Shown here piece after piece: positions 30,078-39,811 of a stretch of 64,000 bases of DNA. The DNA comes from Novosphingobium sp. (GTDB taxonomy: Bacteria > Pseudomonadota > Alphaproteobacteria > Sphingomonadales > Sphingomonadaceae). A program made the translations under genes and the position numbers. Under the pieces are notes generated by a model. It ran no database searches and was not told where the DNA came from. It saw nothing but the letters and a program-made list of their open reading frames with translations. The number at the start of each line of letters is the position of its first letter. The stretch's first letter is position 1. The stretch spans positions 671-64,670 of the forward strand of contig JANMNP010000073.1 of the NCBI GenBank assembly GCA_031374105.1, in the 5' to 3' direction.

Positions 30078-31070
30078 TTAGACGAAATCCTCGGTGGTGA
30101 CGCTTGATTGCATTGACGGGCCGTAGCGCGGACCAGCTACGGTCTGTTGATTGATCAGTGCATCAAGCTGGGCGGCGAGTTCTGCGGTCAGTTCCCAGTC
30201 CCAGCGGGCGATATTCTCCTCCATATGCGCGATCGAGCCAGTGCCGGGGATCGTCACAATATGCTCGCCGCGCGATAGCACCCAGGCCAGCGAGAGCTGC
30301 GCGGGGGTAGCGCCAGCCTGTGCGGCAAGGGCTTCGAGCTGATCGATCAACGCCCGGTTCTTTGGCCAGTTCTCGGCATCGAAACGCGGCATGGTGTGGC
30401 GAAAGTCCTTTTCGGGTATATCCGCCAGATCGCGCACTCCGCCCGCCAAAGCTCCGCGGCCAACCGGCGAAAAGGCGACAAAAGTTGTGCCAAGCTCAGC
30501 GCAAGCGTCCAGCACAGCGATTTCGGGGTTGCGGGACCATAGGGAATATTCGGTCTGCATTGCCGCCACCGGATGCACGGCATGGGCGCGGCGCAGTGTC
30601 TCGGCATTCATTTCCGAGAGGCCAACGTGGCTGATCTTGCCCGCCGCAACCAGCTCTGCCATCGCGCCCATCGATTCTTCGATCGGGACGGTCCGGTCAG
30701 GGCGGTGCATGGTGTAAAGATCGATGTGATCGGTTTGCAACCGGGTCAGCGATTCATCCACGCAGCGGCGGATCGCGGCCGGGCTGCAATCAACCCCGCG
30801 CTTGGCCCCGTCGACTGTGATCCCCATCTTGGTGGCGAGGAAAAATTCGCCGCGCCGCCCCTTGAGCGCTTTGCCCAGCAGGGTCTCATTGTGACCCAGG
30901 CCATAGATATTGGCGGTATCGAGATGGTCATAACCAAGATCGAGCGCGCGGTTCAGCAGCTGGATCGCTACTTCTTCAGATGGCGGGACGCCATAGGCCC
31001 ACGATAGCGACATACAGCCAAGCCCTACCGGATTGACCAGCCTGCCGCCCAATTTCCGCTTTCCGATCAT
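30078..31070 (-). CDS. aldo/keto reductase
   Basis: The motifs LGCMSLS, YDHLDTANIYG.G.NE.LLG, IDLYTMHRPD and IPGTGSIAHMEEN are typical AKR motifs. Confidence 0.92.
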   Translation of the reverse strand: MIGKRKLGGRLVNPVGLGCMSLSWAYGVPPSEEVAIQLLNRALDLGYDHLDTANIYGLGHNETLLGKALKGRRGEFFLATKMGITVDGAKRGVDCSPAAIRRCVDESLTRLQTDHIDLYTMHRPDRTVPIEESMGAMAELVAAGKISHVGLSEMNAETLRRAHAVHPVAAMQTEYSLWSRNPEIAVLDACAELGTTFVAFSPVGRGALAGGVRDLADIPEKDFRHTMPRFDAENWPKNRALIDQLEALAAQAGATPAQLSLAWVLSRGEHIVTIPGTGSIAHMEENIARWDWELTAELAAQLDALINQQTVAGPRYGPSMQSSVTTEDFV

Positions 31071-31370
31071 TTTCGCATTGCCCTTTCGTTGCCGCAGCGC
31101 TGCCCAATGCCGCTCTCATCGCGGAACGGCAAGCACTCGGTGTGTGGCACCGGCATTTGATGGTGCATTATCCATGCAGGAATGGAAGGATGCACTATGA
31201 GACAGATTCCGCGCGGGAGTGCCTCCATGATTTGGGTGATGGGTCCAAAGTATATTGTCCTGCCTGAGCGATCCCTGAAACAGCCATACTTGCACCGCCC
31301 AAGGAAATGCTATGGTCGCCTTCAAAGCAGCCGCGCGATAGGGGAGCAGGCTCAACAGCAATAGTAACTC

Positions 31371-32276
31371 ATGACAATGAACCTGACCCATCTTCAGCGG
31401 CTTGAAGCCGAAGCGATCCACATCATGCGCGAGGTTGTGGCCGAGGCTGAGCATCCGGTGATGCTCTATTCGGTCGGCAAGGACAGCGCAGTGATGCTCC
31501 ATCTGGCGCGCAAGGCGTTTTATCCCGCGCCGCCGCCGTTCCCGTTGCTGCATGTCGATACAACGTGGAAGTTTCAGGACATGTATGCCCTGCGCAGCCG
31601 CATGGCGCAGGAATCTGGCATGGAATTGCTGGTCTACCAGAACCCGGAATGCATCGAACGCGGCATCAACCCGTTCGATCACGGCGCGCTTCACACCGAT
31701 CTGTGGAAGACCGAGGGGCTGAAGCAGGCGCTCGACAAATATGGCTTTGACGTGGCTTTCGGCGGCGCCCGCCGCGATGAGGAAAAAGCCCGCGCCAAGG
31801 AGCGCATTTTCTCGTTCCGCACGGCTTCACACGGCTGGGATCCCAAGAATCAACGCCCTGAACTTTGGAACCTTTACAATGCGCGCAAGGCCAAGGGCGA
31901 AAGCATCCGGGTGTTCCCGATCTCCAACTGGACCGAGCTGGATGTGTGGCAATATATCCACCTCAACGATATTCCGATTGTCCCGCTCTATTTCGCCGCC
32001 AAGCGCCCGACGGTAGAGCGTGACGGGATGCTGCTGATGGTCGATGATGATCGCTTCCCGCTGCTGCCGGGCGAAGTTCCGGCGCTCCGCTCGATCCGTT
32101 TCCGCACGCTGGGCTGCTACCCCTTGACCGGCGCGGTGGAGAGCGAGGCGGCGACATTGCCTGAGGTTATTCAGGAGATGCTGCTGACCACCACCTCCGA
32201 ACGGCAGGGCCGCGCGATTGACAAGGACGCCGGCGGGGCAGGCATGGAAAAGAAGAAGCAGGAGGGGTATTTTTGA
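31371..32276 (+). CDS. cysD: sulfate adenylyltransferase subunit 2
   Basis: The motifs [53 protein letters not shown] and [13 protein letters not shown] are present. Confidence 0.97.
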   Translation: MTMNLTHLQRLEAEAIHIMREVVAEAEHPVMLYSVGKDSAVMLHLARKAFYPAPPPFPLLHVDTTWKFQDMYALRSRMAQESGMELLVYQNPECIERGINPFDHGALHTDLWKTEGLKQALDKYGFDVAFGGARRDEEKARAKERIFSFRTASHGWDPKNQRPELWNLYNARKAKGESIRVFPISNWTELDVWQYIHLNDIPIVPLYFAAKRPTVERDGMLLMVDDDRFPLLPGEVPALRSIRFRTLGCYPLTGAVESEAATLPEVIQEMLLTTTSERQGRAIDKDAGGAGMEKKKQEGYF

Positions 32277-32283
32277 CCCGCCA

Positions 32284-32376
32284 CGGAATGCAAAGCGTTC
32301 CGAAGGGTCAACCCCCGCGCAGGCGGGGGTCCATCTTCGGTCAGAAACAAGCAAGCGGAGCCCGCGCTTTCGCGGG
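32284..32376. repeat. REP-like hairpins inserted between cysD and cysNC
   Basis: Three hairpins are present: CGGAA-tgcaaagcg-TTCCG (32284-32302), ACCCCCGC-gcag-GCGGGGGT (32311-32330) and CCCGCG-cttt-CGCGGG (32361-32376). They belong to the same CCCCGCGCAGGCGGGGG family as 2907-2972. Confidence 0.7.
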
Positions 32377-32388
32377 GATGACGGAATC

Positions 32389-34290
32389 ATGAGCGAATAT
32401 CACACCGACACCCTCATCGCCGAGGATATCGACGCCTATCTGGAAGTCCATCAGCACAAGACCATGCTGCGCTTCATCACTTGCGGCAGCGTTGATGATG
32501 GCAAGTCCACCCTGATCGGGCGGCTGCTGTATGACAGCAAGATGATCTTCGAGGATCAGCTTGCTGCGCTGGAGGCCGATAGCAAGCGGGTCGGCACCCA
32601 AGGCGGCGAGATTGATTTTGCGCTGCTGGTCGATGGGCTGGCGGCAGAGCGCGAGCAGGGCATCACGATTGATGTGGCCTACCGCTATTTCGCCACCGAA
32701 AAGCGCAAATTCATTGTCGCAGATTGCCCGGGGCATGAACAATATACCCGCAACATGGTCACCGGCGCTTCCACCGCTGATCTTGCGGTGATCCTGATTG
32801 ATGCGCGCAAGGGTGTGCTGACCCAGACCCGGCGGCACAGTTACCTCGCCCATCTTATCGGCATTCGCCACATCGTGCTGGCAGTGAACAAGATGGATCT
32901 GTTTGATTACAGCCAGTCCCGCTTTGACGAGATTGTTTCCGAATATCTCCACTTCGCCGCCTCTATCGGCATTGACCATTTCACCGCGATCCCGATTTCG
33001 GGCTTCAAGGGTGATAATATCATCGGTCCCAGCGCCAACACGCCGTGGTATCATGGTGCCAATCTGATCGAGCATCTGGAAGCGGTGGAGGTTGACACCA
33101 CGCGCGATTCTGCCTGGCCGCTGCGGATGCCGGTGCAGTGGGTCAACCGCCCCAACCTTGATTTCCGCGGCTTTGCCGGGCTGATCGCCAGTGGGACGGT
33201 GAGCCCGGGCGATACGGTGCGGGTGCTGCCTTCGGGCAAGACCAGCACGGTGGCGCGGATCGTCACGCAGGACGGTGATCTGGATAAGGCAGTGGCTGGC
33301 CAATCGGTCACGCTGACGCTGGCGGACGAGATTGATTGTTCGCGTGGCGATGTGATCGCGGCTGCCGATGCCCCGCCGCAAGTTGCCGATCAGTTCGAAG
33401 CTACCTTGGTGTGGATGGCGGATGATGCGTTGATTCCTGGGCGCGGTTACTGGCTGAAGTTGGGCACGCAGCTGGTTTCGGCCACAATCCACCCGCCCAA
33501 ATACACCGTCAACGTCAACACGATGGAACACGTCGCGGCCAAAACGCTGGAGCTGAATGCGATCGGCGTTGCAGAACTTGCCACCGACAAGCCGATCACC
33601 TTTGAGCCCTATGCTGACAGCAGGACCCTTGGCGGTTTCATCCTGATTGATAAGATCACCAATGCCACGGTGGCGGCTGGAATGCTGCATTTTGCCTTGC
33701 GTCGCGCGCAAAATGTCCACTGGCAGGCGCTCGACATCAGCCGCGAGGCCCATGCCGCCCTTAAGAACCAGAAGTCCGCGGTGCTTTGGTTCACCGGACT
33801 GTCGGGTTCGGGAAAATCGACAATTGCCAATCTGGTCGAGAAAAAGCTCCACCGGATGAACCGGCACACCTTCTTGCTGGATGGGGACAATGTTCGCCAC
33901 GGCCTCAACAAGGATCTGGGTTTCACTGAGGCGGACCGGATCGAGAATATCCGCCGCGTGGGTGAAGTGGCAAAGTTGATGGCGGATTCGGGCCTGATCG
34001 TCATCACTGCCTTCATCAGCCCATTTCGTGCCGAGCGCGAAATGGTCCGCGCGATGCTGCCACCCGGCGAGTTTATCGAAGTGTTCATCGACACGCCGCT
34101 GGCCGACGCCGAGAAGCGCGATGTGAAGGGGCTTTATAAAAAGGCCCGGTCCGGCCAGCTCAAGAACTTTACCGGGATCGATAGCCCGTATGAAGCGCCG
34201 CAATCTCCCGAGGTGCGGATTGATACCACTGGCCTGACCGCACAACAGGCAGCTGACCTGATTGTCGAGCGGTTGCTGGAGGGTAATTGA
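32389..34290 (+). CDS. cysNC: bifunctional sulfate adenylyltransferase subunit 1 / adenylyl-sulfate kinase (CysN-CysC fusion)
   Basis: The GTPase motifs are [23 protein letters not shown] and NKMD. The C-terminal APS kinase domain is present ([30 protein letters not shown]). The start is at ATG 32389, because the ORF-track start at 32218 translates the REP hairpins. Confidence 0.96.
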   Translation: MSEYHTDTLIAEDIDAYLEVHQHKTMLRFITCGSVDDGKSTLIGRLLYDSKMIFEDQLAALEADSKRVGTQGGEIDFALLVDGLAAEREQGITIDVAYRYFATEKRKFIVADCPGHEQYTRNMVTGASTADLAVILIDARKGVLTQTRRHSYLAHLIGIRHIVLAVNKMDLFDYSQSRFDEIVSEYLHFAASIGIDHFTAIPISGFKGDNIIGPSANTPWYHGANLIEHLEAVEVDTTRDSAWPLRMPVQWVNRPNLDFRGFAGLIASGTVSPGDTVRVLPSGKTSTVARIVTQDGDLDKAVAGQSVTLTLADEIDCSRGDVIAAADAPPQVADQFEATLVWMADDALIPGRGYWLKLGTQLVSATIHPPKYTVNVNTMEHVAAKTLELNAIGVAELATDKPITFEPYADSRTLGGFILIDKITNATVAAGMLHFALRRAQNVHWQALDISREAHAALKNQKSAVLWFTGLSGSGKSTIANLVEKKLHRMNRHTFLLDGDNVRHGLNKDLGFTEADRIENIRRVGEVAKLMADSGLIVITAFISPFRAEREMVRAMLPPGEFIEVFIDTPLADAEKRDVKGLYKKARSGQLKNFTGIDSPYEAPQSPEVRIDTTGLTAQQAADLIVERLLEGN

Positions 34291-35018
34291 TGACTGACGC
34301 GGAACTTGCAGCTGAGCTGGCCAAAGCTGCGGGTCAGTTGCTGATCGACCTGCGTGATGCAGGAACACATGTCGGCAAGGCGCTGGGGGCGGAAGGAGAC
34401 GCCTTAGCCAATCGCTACCTGATCGATGCACTGCGCGCTGCCAGGCCGGATGACGCGCTGCTGAGTGAAGAGGAAAAAGATTCGCCCGCGCGGCTTGGCG
34501 CATCGCGCTGCTGGATCATCGATCCGCTGGATGGCACCCGCGAATATGGTGAAGGCCGCAGCGACTGGGCGGTTCATGTTGCTTTGGCCGTAGACGGCGT
34601 GGCGACGCTTGGTGCGGTGGCTTTGCCCGGGTTGGGGTTAGTGCTGCGTTCGGATCGTCCGCTTGCCCCCGTCTCGGCCAATGCGCCGCTGCGGATGGTC
34701 GTCAGCCGCACCCGCCCGCCACCCGCCGCCGTGCATGTGTCCGTTGTATTGCAAGGCGATCTGGTGCCGATGGGCTCTGCCGGGGCCAAGGCGATGGCGG
34801 TGGTTCGCGGCGAGGCTGATGTTTACCTGCATTCTGGCGGGCAGTATGAATGGGATAGCTGCGCCCCAGTTGCGGTGGCACTGGCGCATGGGCTGCATTG
34901 CTCGCGGATTGATGGCTCGCCGCTGGTCTATAATCAGGCCGATAGCTATCTCCCCGATCTGCTGATTTGCCGCCCGGAACTTGCTGCGCAGATATTGGCG
35001 ATGGTTCAGGATGTTTAG
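34287..35018 (+). CDS. cysQ: 3'(2'),5'-bisphosphate nucleotidase CysQ
   Basis: The inositol-monophosphatase fold motifs [17 protein letters not shown] and WDSCAPVAV are present. The gene is coupled to cysNC by an ATGA overlap. Confidence 0.88.
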   Translation: MMTDAELAAELAKAAGQLLIDLRDAGTHVGKALGAEGDALANRYLIDALRAARPDDALLSEEEKDSPARLGASRCWIIDPLDGTREYGEGRSDWAVHVALAVDGVATLGAVALPGLGLVLRSDRPLAPVSANAPLRMVVSRTRPPPAAVHVSVVLQGDLVPMGSAGAKAMAVVRGEADVYLHSGGQYEWDSCAPVAVALAHGLHCSRIDGSPLVYNQADSYLPDLLICRPELAAQILAMVQDV

Positions 35019-35027
35019 CCGGGCGGG

Positions 35028-35507
35028 TCAGTTTGGTTTGGGCAGAGCCGTGGTGGATTTGAGTTTCTCCATTGAGAAGCTTGATGAAACGTCGCTGAGA
35101 TCAGGAACAGTAGCGATCAGCTTGCGGTAGATCCGGTCATAGTGGGCGATGTCGCGGACTGTCAGCTTAAGCAGATAATCGACGTCACCCGCCATCCGGT
35201 GGCATTCGGTAATCTCCTCAATCGTAGCGATCCCGGCTGAGAAGGCATCGAGCCAGTCGGGATCATGGCGGCCTGTCTTTATTGCGACGAACACCGTTGT
35301 ATTCAGACCTATCTTTGCTGGATCGAGCAAGGCAACCCGGCGGGCGATAACCCCCAGCTCTTCCAGCCGTTTGATCCGCCGCCAGCAGGCATTGCTCGAC
35401 AGGCCGACGCGGTCTCCCACCTCATGCACAGCAAGCGAGGCATCCTGCTGAAGGATACGCAGGATCGCCCAGTCAATCGAATCCAATTGCGGTAATAGAT
35501 CAGCCAT
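35028..35507 (-). CDS. Lrp/AsnC-family transcriptional regulator
   Basis: An HTH (LDSIDWAILRILQQDASLAVHEVGDRVGLSSNACWRRIKRLEELGVI) is followed by a C-terminal RAM/AsnC_trans_reg domain. Confidence 0.92.
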   Translation of the reverse strand: MADLLPQLDSIDWAILRILQQDASLAVHEVGDRVGLSSNACWRRIKRLEELGVIARRVALLDPAKIGLNTTVFVAIKTGRHDPDWLDAFSAGIATIEEITECHRMAGDVDYLLKLTVRDIAHYDRIYRKLIATVPDLSDVSSSFSMEKLKSTTALPKPN

Positions 35508-35526
35508 TGGGATATAATATCACAAA

Positions 35527-35578
35527 ATTGCATTGATTACCATAAAACAGGTGAAGAATTTGCATTGCGACTGCATTA
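35527..35578. promoter_or_regulatory. AT-rich repeated TTGCATTG motifs in the lrp-divergent promoter region
   Basis: ATTGCATTGA (35527-35536), TTTGCATTGC (35559-35568) and CTGCATTA (35571-35578). The first two are spaced 32 nt apart, and the region is AT-rich, as Lrp-type operators often are. This is a pattern observation only. Confidence 0.3.
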
Positions 35579-35602
35579 AGATTGCGTACAGGGAGAACGC
35601 CG

Positions 35603-35848
35603 ATGAATCCGCTCAAACCGTTTAGCGAACACCCTGCCAGCGTTGGTGAAACCTATGGCGAGCATTTCCGTTATGCGACCGGCTTTGGCATCCGGATGAT
35701 GCTGGGCGGGTTTGCCTGCATGATCCATGGTCTCCTGCCGTTTCTGTTCGTCAAAACGGGCAGCAAGCAGATCTCGACTTTGCATGACCGGATGGTGGTA
35801 AACCGTAGCAAAGGGCAATTGCCCGCGATCCTCGATTTTGTGATTTAG
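35603..35848 (+). CDS. small membrane protein, DUF6356-like (from memory)
   Basis: MNPLKPFSEHPASVGETYGEHFRYATGFGIRMMLGGFACMIHGLLPFLF. ATG 35603 has GGGAGAA 6 nt upstream. Confidence 0.6.
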   Translation: MNPLKPFSEHPASVGETYGEHFRYATGFGIRMMLGGFACMIHGLLPFLFVKTGSKQISTLHDRMVVNRSKGQLPAILDFVI

Positions 35849-35858
35849 CGCTCTGATC

Positions 35859-37202
35859 CTAGTCGACAACTTTCACCGGTCGGCGCAGTGTCGCCAGCGC
35901 CAGAAGCAGCGGGATTATGCCATAGGCCACCGGAACCACCGCCAGCGCCAGATGCAGCCTGTCCTCGCCAAACACGCGGGTCGATAACAGGCCAACCGTG
36001 GTTGGTCCCAGCAGCAAGCCCAGCAGGCTGATCGCCATGTAATAGAGCGCCACCACCTGTCCGCGGACCGCTGCCGGGGTGATCTGGAGCAACGCGGTTA
36101 CGCCGACAGCAGAAATTGCCCCGATCCCGATTGCGTTCAGGCACAGAATGGCGAAGGCCAGCCAAGGCCCCGGCATCAGCATGGCAATACCCCCAGTGGG
36201 AACGATCAGGACGAGGCCAGCAGTCATGATCTTGCGCGGAGCCAGCGTATCGCCCGATAACAGCCGCCGTTCGCACAGCGCGCCTGCCGCAATATAGACC
36301 GCCGGACCCAGCAGCAGCGCCGATGCTCCGTTAAGCATGGCGAAGAATTCGGGCTTCCAGCCCCAGCGCCGCTCGAACGCAGCGGGCATAAATCCCTGAC
36401 TATAGGCAGTGATCACCATCGCCCCGACCACCGCCACGATCAGCCCATAATCGCGCCAACCGGCCCTGACATGGTGCAGTGCAGTGCCCAGGCTGTTTGC
36501 GCCGCGCTGATCGGTTTGCGGTGCCTGACGCGGCGGCTCGCGCACCAGCAAAAAGGCGAGCGCGACCACCAGCCCTGGCAATCCCACCGCCAGAATTGTC
36601 GCCTGCCAAGGCTGGACCACCCCGAACAGCGGCACGGTGATCTGCTCAGCCGCCCGTGCCCAGGCCAGCACGCTCGCCCCGATTAACGAAGCAAGACCAG
36701 AGCCCAGCGTGATCGCCATCGAATAGACAGCGATCGGCCGGGCCCGCCTCTCGGGCGGAAAACTGTCTGCGATGATCGAGAAAGCCGCCGGGCTAAGCAC
36801 CGCCTCGCCCACGCCAACACTCATCCGGGCAAGGAACAGCTGGGTGAAATTGCGCGCCATCCCGGTCGCCACTGTCGCCAGTGACCACAACGCGATCCCC
36901 ACTGCGATCAGGCGGCGGCGTGAGGTGCGGTCAACCAGCCAGCCCAGCGGTAGCCCCATTGTGGCATAGAAGATCGCAAAGGCCGGCCCCAGCAGCCAGC
37001 CGATTTGCTCATCGCTGAGGCCAAGGTCGGCCTTGATCGGCTGGACCAGCAGCCCCAGCACCGATCGGTCGATATAGCTGAACAGATAGGCCAGTGTCAG
37101 CAGCGCGACCATTCCCCAGGCGGAGCGCGCAGGCGGCCAGTTGCCAGGCGGAGGCGTTTCCTGGCTAGAGATGATACAGCACCACGGCATGGCCATCGGC
37201 AT
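35859..37202 (-). CDS. MFS transporter
   Basis: 12 predicted TM segments, with the motif LTLAYLFSYIDRSVLGLLV and the MFS loop motif. The start is uncertain, because ATG 37202 overlaps the upstream VOC gene by 38 nt. Confidence 0.85.
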   Translation of the reverse strand: MPMAMPWCCIISSQETPPPGNWPPARSAWGMVALLTLAYLFSYIDRSVLGLLVQPIKADLGLSDEQIGWLLGPAFAIFYATMGLPLGWLVDRTSRRRLIAVGIALWSLATVATGMARNFTQLFLARMSVGVGEAVLSPAAFSIIADSFPPERRARPIAVYSMAITLGSGLASLIGASVLAWARAAEQITVPLFGVVQPWQATILAVGLPGLVVALAFLLVREPPRQAPQTDQRGANSLGTALHHVRAGWRDYGLIVAVVGAMVITAYSQGFMPAAFERRWGWKPEFFAMLNGASALLLGPAVYIAAGALCERRLLSGDTLAPRKIMTAGLVLIVPTGGIAMLMPGPWLAFAILCLNAIGIGAISAVGVTALLQITPAAVRGQVVALYYMAISLLGLLLGPTTVGLLSTRVFGEDRLHLALAVVPVAYGIIPLLLALATLRRPVKVVD

Positions 37203-37599
37203 CGATCAGCCCCACCTCGCGGCCAACCCGGCCGTCATGGGTGTGGAGCGCGCGTTCGGCGAACAGGTGGACGCCCGGTAGAGCACCTGCGGCCGCCACG
37301 GCGCGATCAATATCGGCCAGTTCGATCACGGTGGCCGAACCGGGCCGTGCCGGGCGCGGCGGCGGCGGGGTCACCTCGAGCAGGGCCAAGGTCCGCTCTT
37401 GCCCCGGCGGACCATCTAGCGCTGCCATCCGCAGCCGCGCCGCAGGGTCAATCCCGAAGATTTCATAGCTGTAGCTATCGCTTGTCGATTGCTTGATCGA
37501 TTGCAGGGTAAAACCCAGAGCATCCCGGTAGAGCGCTAGCGCCCGATCAAGATCGGCGACGATCAGCGCAGCGCGCTTGAAGCGAACCGGATCAGTCAT
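37165..37599 (-). CDS. VOC-family (glyoxalase-like) protein
   Basis: 144 aa. FKRAALIVADLDRALALYRDALGF...IDADGHAVVLY is the VOC pattern. Confidence 0.75.
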   Translation of the reverse strand: MTDPVRFKRAALIVADLDRALALYRDALGFTLQSIKQSTSDSYSYEIFGIDPAARLRMAALDGPPGQERTLALLEVTPPPPRPARPGSATVIELADIDRAVAAAGALPGVHLFAERALHTHDGRVGREVGLIDADGHAVVLYHL

Positions 37600-38686
37600 G
37601 TTGCGCTGCGGCTAGCTGGCCCGGTAGCAGGGGATCGGCGACATGGACCAGCTGCTTGCCGATATTGCGCCCCTCAAACAGGCGAGCAAGCGCTTCGGGC
37701 ATCCGTTCAAATCCATCGAGGATGTCTTCCAGCCAGCGCAGCTCGCCCGATCTGATCCATTCCGCCATTCGGGCCTCCGCTTCTGCAAACCGATCACGGT
37801 GATCATAGATGAAAAAGCCCTTCATGCTGGCGGAATGTTCTCCGATCATCCACCAATTGGCCAAAGCGTGGTTGGGGCCGTTAACATATTGCGATATTCG
37901 CCCGCAGCTTACCACCCGGGCAAAGCGGTTTATCCGGGCCAATCCCGCATCCAGCACCGGGCCGCCGACATTATCGAAAATCACGTCGATTCCATCGGGC
38001 GCGGCGGCGGCAATAGCGGCCTCCAGTCCCGGCTCGCGATAATTCAGCGCCACATCAAAACCAAGCCGCCCGGTCAGCGTGGCGCATTTTTCGGCGCTTC
38101 CGGCGATACCGATTGTGCGGCACCCGGCAATTCTTGCCAGCTGCCCCGCAACCGAACCAACACCGCCTGCCGCGCCAGAGATCAACACCGTTTCTCCGCG
38201 CTTTGGCTGGCCAATATCGAGCAGCCCGACGTAGGCCGAAAATCCTGTTATCCCCAGCACTCCCAGCGCGGTAGAGGGCGGCAAATCATGGGCATGAACC
38301 TTGAACATCAGCCGGTCATCGGCGCCGTCGCTCAGCGCATATTCCTGCCAGCCCAGCTTGCCATGGACCAGATCGCCGGGGAGGAAATCTGGGTGGAGCG
38401 AGTGGATCACCTGACCCACCCCGCGACCATGAATGACATCACCCGGCTGCAGCGGTATCTCGATCCCGGCGCCATCGATCATATATTGACGCATAACCGG
38501 GGCGAGCGACAGATAAAGCGTGCGGATCAAAAACTCACCCGGCCCGGGCTGGCCTAATGGCGCCTCAACCAGCTTGAAATCACTGAACTTTACCGCGCCA
38601 CTTGGTTTTGCTGCCATCTGCCACTGCCGTCCGCTGCGGGGCAGGGGCGGGCCTGCTTGGGCCAGGTTTTCAGCAATGCTCGCCAT
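37592..38686 (-). CDS. NADP-dependent oxidoreductase, medium-chain dehydrogenase/reductase family (YncB/PTGR-like)
   Basis: The Rossmann motif is ETVLISGAAGGVGSVAGQLARIAG, with YLSLAPVMRQYM in the N-terminal domain. An alternative start lies at 38617. Confidence 0.88.
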   Translation of the reverse strand: MASIAENLAQAGPPLPRSGRQWQMAAKPSGAVKFSDFKLVEAPLGQPGPGEFLIRTLYLSLAPVMRQYMIDGAGIEIPLQPGDVIHGRGVGQVIHSLHPDFLPGDLVHGKLGWQEYALSDGADDRLMFKVHAHDLPPSTALGVLGITGFSAYVGLLDIGQPKRGETVLISGAAGGVGSVAGQLARIAGCRTIGIAGSAEKCATLTGRLGFDVALNYREPGLEAAIAAAAPDGIDVIFDNVGGPVLDAGLARINRFARVVSCGRISQYVNGPNHALANWWMIGEHSASMKGFFIYDHRDRFAEAEARMAEWIRSGELRWLEDILDGFERMPEALARLFEGRNIGKQLVHVADPLLPGQLAAAQHD

Positions 38687-38744
38687 GCCGTTCTGGCCCC
38701 TTTCAACCGATGACTGCGTTGCTAAGACGCTTGCTGTCCAATTT

Positions 38745-38760
38745 ATAGTTTTTACGCTAT
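38745..38760. promoter_or_regulatory. candidate LysR-type box ATAG-N8-CTAT
   Basis: ATAGTTTTTACGCTAT lies in the 110-bp divergent gap between the oxidoreductase operon and the LysR gene. It fits the T-N11-A logic, but this is a pattern only. Confidence 0.35.
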
Positions 38761-38796
38761 GATATAAAAAAATGAGAGTGAATCGAGGCGATCACG

Positions 38797-39714
38797 ATGA
38801 AAATGGAAGTCAGCCTGCGGCAAATCACCTATTTTCTCCGCTTGGTCGAGAGGGGATCATTCACCGCTGCTGCGGAATCGCTGGGGATCACCCAGCCAGC
38901 CTTGTCGATCGCGATCAGTCAGTTGGAACGTGCGCTCGAAGGTCCGCTGCTGCGGCGCGGAACCAGCCCGTTGACGTTGACCGACGAAGGGGAAATCTTC
39001 ATCCGCTATGCTCAGCGGGTTCAGCGTGATCTGGCAGAAGCGCGCGACGAACTGGCCGCCTTTGGCAGCGGCACGATAGGAAGGTTGGAAATCTGTATGG
39101 GGCTCAGTGCAGCGGTCCCCGAAGTTGGCGCAGCGCTGACTAGCATGTCTGTGGACTTTCCGGGACTTGATGTTGCCGTTGGACTTGGCGTCGCGCCCGC
39201 GGTGCTCGAACGGCTCCATGATGGTGAGTTCTCGCTCTATGTCGGGACTGTTCCCGATGATCTGGACGATGATCGGTTCGAAGTGACGCGGCTCGATGAT
39301 TTGCGGCTGGCGGTGCTGGCGGGCGCGGGCCATCCCCTTGCCGGACGCCGCAAGATCAGCGTCGCCGATCTGGCCCAGGCGGCGTGGATTGCGATCGGCA
39401 ACATCGAGGCCAATGTTCCCGAATGGTCGGGCATGTTCGTGGAAGCGGGGCTTACCCCGCCGCGCCCGGCAATCAATGTTCGCAACATCGCGCTGGTGCG
39501 CAGCCTCCTCACCGAAAATCATTTTGTCACCATCCTGCCGCTCGGCATGGCCCGGGCAGATCTGGAGCACGGGATTCTGGTCCAGATTGGCGCAGACCGG
39601 TTTGGCTGGACCATCCCGCTTAGTCTGGTAACGCGCCAGGGTCGCCCGCTGCCCGCGGCCGCCCGGATCTTTGCTGACCGACTGCGCCAGCAGTTTGAGC
39701 TTGAGCAGCGGTGA
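38797..39714 (+). CDS. LysR-family transcriptional regulator
   Basis: The HTH is LRQITYFLRLVERGSFTAAAESLGITQPALSIAISQLE, followed by a LysR substrate-binding domain. Confidence 0.93.
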   Translation: MKMEVSLRQITYFLRLVERGSFTAAAESLGITQPALSIAISQLERALEGPLLRRGTSPLTLTDEGEIFIRYAQRVQRDLAEARDELAAFGSGTIGRLEICMGLSAAVPEVGAALTSMSVDFPGLDVAVGLGVAPAVLERLHDGEFSLYVGTVPDDLDDDRFEVTRLDDLRLAVLAGAGHPLAGRRKISVADLAQAAWIAIGNIEANVPEWSGMFVEAGLTPPRPAINVRNIALVRSLLTENHFVTILPLGMARADLEHGILVQIGADRFGWTIPLSLVTRQGRPLPAAARIFADRLRQQFELEQR

Positions 39715-39811
39715 TCATAAATTTAGCGTATGCTTCCTTAAATATTATAAACTGGACCGACAGACCCTCCAAGTTAGGGTCAGTGCCTATCTGGGGGTAA
39801 GGGGCGCTGCA

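Noticed and set aside
31182-31364. A 60-aa ORF in the cysD leader, and the 22780-22977 and 60138-60341 ORFs in other intergenic regions
   Set aside because: They have no ribosome-binding site, no recognisable motifs, and odd composition rich in Cys, Trp and Arg. They are more likely chance ORFs in promoter or leader DNA.
32341-34503. A 720-aa ORF on the minus strand, the longest 'extra' ORF in the window
   Set aside because: It lies entirely antisense to cysNC, whose frame carries unmistakable GTPase and APS-kinase motifs. The antisense translation is Arg/Gly/Pro/His-rich with no recognisable domain. This is the typical shadow ORF of a high-GC genome.
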